Source of the DNA: Deltaproteobacteria bacterium
GTDB lineage: Bacteria; Desulfobacterota; Binatia; HRBIN30; CADEER01
Direction: 5' to 3'
Length of the DNA stretch: 64,000 nucleotides
Assembly (NCBI GenBank): GCA_033764095.1
Contig: JANRJF010000254.1
Span: 12,338-76,337 of the forward strand
Positions within the stretch are counted from its first letter, which is position 1. Every line of letters begins with the position of its first letter. The notes under the pieces were generated by a model. It had not been told where the DNA came from, ran no database searches, and saw only the letters and a list, made by a program, of their open reading frames with translations. A program made the position numbers and the translations under genes. Positions 58,108 through 64,000 of this stretch are shown here, piece after piece.

Positions 58108-59625
58108 GTGAGCGAGGACGTCACCGACCAGATCGTCGCCCGCCGCCTCAAGTTGGAGGCGTTGCGCCAGGCCGGCGACGACCCCTACGCGAACGACTTC
58201 CGGCCGACCCGGACGACGGCCGAGTTCGTTGCCGCGTTCGACGCCCTGACGCCAGAGCAGCTCGCCGCGGTGAGCGAACCGGTGGCGATCGCCGGCCGCA
58301 TCCCGGCCAAGCCGCGCGACTTCGGCAAGGCCTCGTTCATGCACCTGCAGGACCGCGACGGCCGCCTGCAGGTCTACGTCAAGCGCGACGTGGTCGGCGA
58401 CGCGACCTTCACCCGCTTCAAGCAGGCCGAGGCGGGCGACTTCGTCGGCGTCGTCGGCGTGCCGTTCCGCACCCGCACCAACGAGCTGACGCTGGAGGCG
58501 CGCGAGCTGCGCGTGCTGACCAAGGCGCTGCTGCCGCTGCCGGAGAAGTGGCACGGGCTCACCGACGTCGAGGCGCGCTACCGCCAGCGCTATCTCGACC
58601 TGATCGCCAACGACGAGGTGCGCGCCACCTTCCGCAAGCGCGCCCGGCTGATCCAGTTCCTGCGCGACTTCCTGACCGCGCGCGGCTACGTCGAGGTCGA
58701 GACGCCGATGATGCAGCCGATCGCCGGCGGCGCCGCGGCGCGGCCGTTCGTCACCCACCACAACGCGCTCGACATGCAGCTCTACCTACGCATCGCGCCG
58801 GAGCTGTACCTGAAGCGCCTGCTGGTCGGCGGCTTCGAGCGCGTCTTCGAGCTCAATCGCGTCTTCCGCAACGAGGGGGTGTCGACCCGCCACAACCCCG
58901 AGTTCACCATGCTGGAGTTCTACCAGGCGTACGCCACCTACGAGGACCTGATGCAGCTCACCGAAGAGCTGTTCGTCGGCGCCGCCGATGCGGTCGCCGG
59001 CGCGCGCCAGGTGCGCTACCTCGGGCACGACATCGATCTCAGCCCGCCGTGGCGCCGCGTCTCGATTCCGGAGTACGTCGCCACCCGTTGCGCGCTGCCG
59101 CTCGATGCGGTGCGGCAGCTCGATCTCGCCGTGCTGCAGCCCGCGGCCGACAAGGTCGGCGGGCCGCTGCGCAAGGACTACCGCAAGCAGTACGGCGCCG
59201 GCGCCGCCGGCTACATGCTGCTCGACCTCTTCGAGTTCCTCGCCGAGCCGGAGCTCATCCAGCCGACCTTCGTGCACGAGTATCCGGTCGCCGTGTCGCC
59301 GCTCGCCCGGCGCAGCGCGCGTGCGCCGGAGTTCGTCGACCGCTTCGAGCTGTTCATCGCCGGGCAGGAGATGGCCAACGCCTTCTCCGAGCTCAACGAC
59401 CCCGACGACCAGCGCCGCCGGCTCGAGGGCCAGCTGGTGCAGAAGGCGGCCGGCGACGAAGAGGCGCACGCCATGGACGAGGACTTCCTGCGCGCGCTGG
59501 AGCACGGCATGCCGCCGGCGGCGGGGGAGGGGATCGGCGTCGATCGCCTCGCCATGCTGCTCACCAACGCGGCGTCGATTCGCGACGTCATCCTCTTCCC
59601 GCACATGCGGCCCGAGCGCCGCTGA
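58108..59625 (+). CDS. lysS: Lysine--tRNA ligase (class II)
   Basis: OB-fold N-terminus and class II motifs ([21 protein letters not shown]). GTG at 58108 preferred over the TTG at 58072. Confidence 0.9.
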   Translation: MSEDVTDQIVARRLKLEALRQAGDDPYANDFRPTRTTAEFVAAFDALTPEQLAAVSEPVAIAGRIPAKPRDFGKASFMHLQDRDGRLQVYVKRDVVGDATFTRFKQAEAGDFVGVVGVPFRTRTNELTLEARELRVLTKALLPLPEKWHGLTDVEARYRQRYLDLIANDEVRATFRKRARLIQFLRDFLTARGYVEVETPMMQPIAGGAAARPFVTHHNALDMQLYLRIAPELYLKRLLVGGFERVFELNRVFRNEGVSTRHNPEFTMLEFYQAYATYEDLMQLTEELFVGAADAVAGARQVRYLGHDIDLSPPWRRVSIPEYVATRCALPLDAVRQLDLAVLQPAADKVGGPLRKDYRKQYGAGAAGYMLLDLFEFLAEPELIQPTFVHEYPVAVSPLARRSARAPEFVDRFELFIAGQEMANAFSELNDPDDQRRRLEGQLVQKAAGDEEAHAMDEDFLRALEHGMPPAAGEGIGVDRLAMLLTNAASIRDVILFPHMRPERR

Positions 59626-59634
59626 CGGCCCGCC

Positions 59635-60897
59635 GTGCCGCGCGGGCTGCCGTATCCGCTGTTCATCGGCCTGCGCTACCTGCGCGCGCGGCGCGAGGAA
59701 CGCTTCATCTCGCTGATCACGCTGATCGCCACCGGCGGCGTCGCGGTCGGCGTGTTGACGCTCAACGTCGTGCTGGCAGTGATGACTGGCTTCGAGGAGG
59801 ACCTGCGCGACCGCATTCTCGGCTTCACCCCGCACGTCGTGGTCTCCGATTACGGCACCGCCATGCCGCTGCCCCCCGAGTTGGAGACCCGCCTGCGCGG
59901 GTTGCCGGAGGTCGCCGCCGTCGCACCGTACGTCGAGGGACAGGCGATGTTGGCGAGCAGCGCCGAGGTCGCCGGCGTGATGCTGCGCGGCGTGCGCCCG
60001 CAGGGCAACGGCGTCATCGACTTCGCCCGCCATGTGAAGGGCGGGACGGTCGAGGACCTCGCCCGCAAGCACGCGGTGCGGCGCGACGACAGCGGCGCGA
60101 TGGTCGAGCTGCCCGGCATCATCCTCGGCGTCGAGCTGGCGCGCCAGCTCGGCCTCAATATCGGCGATCCGGTCAGCGTCGTCTCGCCGGCCGGCACGCC
60201 GACGCTGGTCGGCATGGTGCCGAAGGTGCGCCGCTTCGCCGTCGTCGGCCTCTTCGAAGCCGGCATGATCGAGTACGACAGCGCGCTCGCCTACGTCAGC
60301 CTCGCCGACGCGCAACGCTTCTTCGGCCTCGGCGACGGGGTGAGCGGCGTCGAACTGCGCGCCACCGATCTCGATCGCGCCGATCCGCTCGCCAGGCGCG
60401 TCGCCGGGGCGCTCGACTTCCCCTACAAGGTGGAGTCCTGGCGTGACCGCAACTTCAACCTCTTCGCCGCCATCGCGTTGGAGAAACACACCTACTTTCT
60501 GGTGCTGCTGCTGATCATCCTGGTCGCCGCCTTCAACATCGTCGCGGCGCTGGTCATGGTGGTGATGGAGAAGCGGCGCGACATCGCGGTGTTGAAGACG
60601 CTGGGGGCGACGCGCGCCGGGGTGGCGCAGATCTTCCTGTCGAAGGCGCTGGTCATCGGCGGCGTCGGCACCGCCGTCGGCAGCCTGCTCGGATTGGCGC
60701 TCTGCCTGGCGTTGTCGCGCTACAAGATCCCCCTGCCGAAGGGCGTCTTCTACACCTCGACGGTGCCGGTGCGGATCTACCCGGAGTATTTTGCCGTGGT
60801 GTTCGGCGTCTCGCTGGTCATCGTCCTGCTGGCGGCGTTCTACCCGGCGCGCCAGGCGTCGCGGCTGCTGCCGGTCGAGGCGCTGCGCTATGACTGA
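59635..60897 (+). CDS. lolC: Lipoprotein-releasing system permease (LolC/LolE family)
   Basis: [18 protein letters not shown]-terminus, MacB-like periplasmic domain, and a C-terminal FtsX-type helices block. Confidence 0.85.
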   Translation: MPRGLPYPLFIGLRYLRARREERFISLITLIATGGVAVGVLTLNVVLAVMTGFEEDLRDRILGFTPHVVVSDYGTAMPLPPELETRLRGLPEVAAVAPYVEGQAMLASSAEVAGVMLRGVRPQGNGVIDFARHVKGGTVEDLARKHAVRRDDSGAMVELPGIILGVELARQLGLNIGDPVSVVSPAGTPTLVGMVPKVRRFAVVGLFEAGMIEYDSALAYVSLADAQRFFGLGDGVSGVELRATDLDRADPLARRVAGALDFPYKVESWRDRNFNLFAAIALEKHTYFLVLLLIILVAAFNIVAALVMVVMEKRRDIAVLKTLGATRAGVAQIFLSKALVIGGVGTAVGSLLGLALCLALSRYKIPLPKGVFYTSTVPVRIYPEYFAVVFGVSLVIVLLAAFYPARQASRLLPVEALRYD

Positions 60898-61558
60898 GCT
60901 GATCCGCGCCCGCGGCATCTGCAAGTCGTACGGCGCCAACCAGCGCGTCTCGGTGCTGCGCGACCTCGATCTCGACGTGGCCGCCGGCGAGGCGGTGGTG
61001 ATCGTCGGCCAGTCCGGCGTCGGCAAGAGCACCCTGCTGCACGTGCTCGGCGCGCTCGACCAGCCGACCGCCGGCGAGGTGGCCTTCGACGGCGTGCCGT
61101 TCAGTCGCCTCAGCGAGAAGGAACTGGCGGCGCTGCGCAACCGCCAGATCGGTTTCATCTTCCAGTTCCACCACCTGTTGCCCGACTTCAGCGCGCTGGA
61201 GAACGCCATGATGCCCGGCCTGATCGGCGGGCTGGGCTGGGACGACGCGGCGGCGCGGGCGCGGCGGGTGCTGGAGCAGGTCGGCCTCGCTCACCGGCTC
61301 GACCACAAGCCCGGCGAGCTCTCCGGCGGCGAGCAGCAGCGCGTCGCCGTGGCGCGCGCCATCGTCCTGTCGCCGCGCGCCGTCCTGGCCGACGAGCCGA
61401 CCGGCAACCTCGACCCGGCGACCGCCGACGAGGTGCACCAGCTGCTGCTCGGCTTGAAGCGCGAGCAGGGCATCGCGCTGCTCATCGTCACCCACAACGA
61501 GCACCTTGCGGCGCTCGCCGACCGCACCCTGCGCATGGTCGACGGACGCCTTGTCTGA
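60890..61558 (+). CDS. lolD: Lipoprotein-releasing system ATP-binding protein
   Basis: Walker [17 protein letters not shown], signature LSGGEQQR, Walker [11 protein letters not shown]. Overlaps the lolC stop. Confidence 0.88.
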   Translation: MTELIRARGICKSYGANQRVSVLRDLDLDVAAGEAVVIVGQSGVGKSTLLHVLGALDQPTAGEVAFDGVPFSRLSEKELAALRNRQIGFIFQFHHLLPDFSALENAMMPGLIGGLGWDDAAARARRVLEQVGLAHRLDHKPGELSGGEQQRVAVARAIVLSPRAVLADEPTGNLDPATADEVHQLLLGLKREQGIALLIVTHNEHLAALADRTLRMVDGRLV

Positions 61559-61604
61559 CCGCCCGGTTTACTGTCTCCAGACCGTCTGGTAGGGCTCGCC
61601 CGTT

Positions 61605-64000
61605 TTGCCATTCAGCCGGTTTCAGGGTGTACGCGCGCTGGTCGTCGCGGCGGTGGTCGTGGGGCTCGTGCTCCCGGCGCTGCAGGGCTTCGGGCAGCTG
61701 GCCGACGAGGTGCCGGCCGAGGGCGTGCGCATCGACCGCGTCGTCATCGCCGGCAACCAGCGCGTCGAGGACGAGGCCATCCGCGTCAAGCTGAAGGCCG
61801 CGCCCGGCGCCAGCTTCAGCGACCAGCTGGTCGACGACGACGTGCGCGCCATCTACAAGATGGGCTTCTTCGACGACGTGCGCGCCACCGTCGACCGCCA
61901 GGACGGCCTCTGGGTGCTGACCTACGACGTGCACGAGCGCCCCTACATCCGCGCCGTGCGCATCGAGGGCAACAAGAAGATCGACAAGGAGGAGTTGGAG
62001 GGGATGCTGCGCGTCCGCCCCAACACCATCCTCGACCCCGAGAAGGCCCGCAAAGGCATCGAGGAGGCGAAGAGCGCGTACGAGAAGAAGGGCTATCTCG
62101 ACGCCGACATCCGCTACGAGACCGCGCCGGTGGGCGAGAACGAGGTCGACGTCACCTTCCTGGTCGACGAGCGCGAGCCGATCCGCATCACCGAGATCGT
62201 CTTCGAGGGCAACCAGCAGTTCGACGACGACGACCTGAAGAAGATCATGCAGACGCGCGAGAAGTGGATCTTCTCGTTCGTCACCGGGGCCGGCAACCTG
62301 GACCGCGAGGTGCTCAAGACCGACGCCGAGCGCCTCACCGCCTGGTACTACGAGAACGGCTACATCGACGTGCGCGTCGACGAGCCGAAGATCGAACGCC
62401 AGGACGACGGGCTGGTGGTGACCTTCAAGATCGACGAGGGCAAGCAGTACCAGTTCGGCACCGTGCGCGTCGCCGGCGAGACGCTGCCCGAGATCGAGGG
62501 CGAGGAAGGGCGCGAGTTCGAGGCGCAGGAGGGCGACACCTTCAAGCCCAGCCTGCTGCGCGAGGACATCAACACCATCACGCAGGACTACGGCGACGTC
62601 GGCTACGCCTTCGTCAACGTCACCCCCGACACCGACATCGACAACGCCAACCGCAAGGTCAACGTCACCTACACCGTCACCCGCGGCCCCGAAGTCACCA
62701 TCGACCGCATCGAGATCAGCGGCAACACCAAGACGCGCGACAAGGTGATCCGCCGCGAGCTCGAGCTGCAGGAGCAGCAGAAGTTCTCCGGCTCGAAGCT
62801 GCGCCGCAGCCAGGACCGCCTCAAGCGGCTCGGCTTCTTCGAGGACGTCAACATCACCACCCGCAAGGCCGACAGCGAGGACAAGCTCGACGTCATCGTC
62901 GACGTGCGCGAGGGCAACACCGGCGCGTTCTCCGCCGGCGCCGGCATCAGCTCGGGCGAGTCGTTCCTGTTCAACGTGCGGCTCTCCGAGTCCAACCTCT
63001 TCGGCCGCGGCCAGGCTCTGGTGCTGAACGCCGACATCGGCTCGATCCGCCGCAACATCAGCCTGAGCTTCACCGAGCCGTACTTCCTCGACACGCCGCT
63101 GACGCTCGGCATCGACCTCTTCAACTGGGAGCTGCAGTTCGACGAGTTCACCCGCGGCGGCACCGGCGGCGGCATCCGCACGCTGTATCCCTTCCCGGCG
63201 CTCGGCCTCGAGGTCATCCGCCTCGGCCCGCTCGGCGAGATCTCGCTGCTCGATACGCGGCTCGGCATCGAGTACCGCATCGAGGAGGCGACGATCAGCG
63301 ACGTCAGCCGCGGCGCCGCGCCGGTGATCCGCGCCGAGGAAGGCTCGGCGCTGACCAGCTCGATCATCCCGCGCGTCTTCCGCGACACGCGCAACAACCT
63401 GCTCGATCCGACGCGCGGCTCGTTCCAGGACTTCTCGCTGGAGATCGCCGGCCTCGGCGGCGACAGCCAGTTCATCAACGCCCAGTCGCGTGCCCGCTGG
63501 TACGTCCCGGTCTGGCAGGTGCCCAAGCTCGGCGAGCTGATCTTCGCCAGCGGCTGGAACTTCGGCTACGGCTTCGGCTACGGCGCCGAGGACGAGCTGC
63601 CGCTGTTCGAGCGCTACTTCCCCGGCGGCATCAACTCGCTGCGCGGCTTCGAGGTCCGCTCGCTCGGGCCGCGCGTCGACGTGTTCGAGCAGGGAAAGGG
63701 CAAGAACAACCGCTGCCCGTTCGGCCCCAACAGCTGCGCCCGCCTGTTCCGCCGCGACGTCATCGGCGGCAGCCAGCAGCTCATCTTCAACAACGAGATG
63801 ATCTTCCCGATCGTGCAGTCGCTCGGCATCAAGGGCGTGTTCTTCTGCGACGCCGGCAACGCCTTCCTGGCCAGCAACGGCATCGACTTCGGCGAGATGC
63901 GCGTCTCGATCGGCGGCGGCATCCGCTGGCTCTCGCCGATCGGCCCGCTGCGCATCGAGGCCGGCTTCCCGCTCAACGCCAAGGACGGCGACCAGATCCA
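61605..64000 (+). CDS. bamA: Outer-membrane protein assembly factor BamA (5' partial, runs off the window)
   Basis: The frame is open from the TAG at 61590 to the window end. The only start before the signal-like helix (ALVVAAVVVGLVLPAL) is TTG at 61605. POTRA repeats follow (RIDRVVIAGNQRVEDEAI, IRAVRIEGNKKI, ITEIVFEGNQQF, IDRIEISGNTKT), then a surface-antigen barrel. Confidence 0.85.
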   Translation, partial: MPFSRFQGVRALVVAAVVVGLVLPALQGFGQLADEVPAEGVRIDRVVIAGNQRVEDEAIRVKLKAAPGASFSDQLVDDDVRAIYKMGFFDDVRATVDRQDGLWVLTYDVHERPYIRAVRIEGNKKIDKEELEGMLRVRPNTILDPEKARKGIEEAKSAYEKKGYLDADIRYETAPVGENEVDVTFLVDEREPIRITEIVFEGNQQFDDDDLKKIMQTREKWIFSFVTGAGNLDREVLKTDAERLTAWYYENGYIDVRVDEPKIERQDDGLVVTFKIDEGKQYQFGTVRVAGETLPEIEGEEGREFEAQEGDTFKPSLLREDINTITQDYGDVGYAFVNVTPDTDIDNANRKVNVTYTVTRGPEVTIDRIEISGNTKTRDKVIRRELELQEQQKFSGSKLRRSQDRLKRLGFFEDVNITTRKADSEDKLDVIVDVREGNTGAFSAGAGISSGESFLFNVRLSESNLFGRGQALVLNADIGSIRRNISLSFTEPYFLDTPLTLGIDLFNWELQFDEFTRGGTGGGIRTLYPFPALGLEVIRLGPLGEISLLDTRLGIEYRIEEATISDVSRGAAPVIRAEEGSALTSSIIPRVFRDTRNNLLDPTRGSFQDFSLEIAGLGGDSQFINAQSRARWYVPVWQVPKLGELIFASGWNFGYGFGYGAEDELPLFERYFPGGINSLRGFEVRSLGPRVDVFEQGKGKNNRCPFGPNSCARLFRRDVIGGSQQLIFNNEMIFPIVQSLGIKGVFFCDAGNAFLASNGIDFGEMRVSIGGGIRWLSPIGPLRIEAGFPLNAKDGDQI

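Overview
Very GC-rich chromosomal segment (third codon positions almost always G/C) from a diderm bacterium; I cannot place the lineage from sequence alone. About 55 genes are supportable. Most are housekeeping: queG, an M3 oligoendopeptidase, a fabH pair, rimI, argS, a complete trpEGDCFBA operon followed by folC and lptD, two ABC exporter sets, atl/yciI, an SDR-SDR-MaoC plus acyl-CoA ligase cluster, a thiS-like/ttuA/trmI tRNA-thiolation cluster, lysS, lolC/lolD and the 5' part of bamA. The accessory content is what stands out. (1) Six paralogous secreted proteins, here called P1-P6, share about ten collinear motifs and five invariant Cys. I cannot assign them to any named family. They lie in two loci: 20147-22645 on the minus strand (P2 then P1) and 45579-50712 on the plus strand (P3-P6). 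(2) Two very large Thr-rich secreted proteins, TR-A (42596-45169) and TR-B (51313-53544), bracket the second locus. Both have a dockerin-like Ca-loop N-terminus and share a C-terminal domain of about 190 aa that I also cannot name. (3) An identical 16-nt motif overlapping a TTGAC -35-like hexamer lies upstream of both P loci. Nearby are a seven-blade FG-GAP lipoprotein, a single-domain response regulator, an XRE regulator and a GT39-PA14 glycosyltransferase. I read this as a candidate undescribed cell-surface or extracellular protein system; function is inference only. Smaller oddities: two classes of REP-like palindromes, a DHp-only histidine-kinase fragment bracketed by heptamer-based inverted repeats, a ThiS-like protein with residues after its GG, and a Cys-His-His KAS III-like partner of fabH. 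No rRNA, tRNA, CRISPR array, transposase or integrase was seen. Many long ORFs in the supplied track are alternate-frame or antisense artefacts of the GC content.
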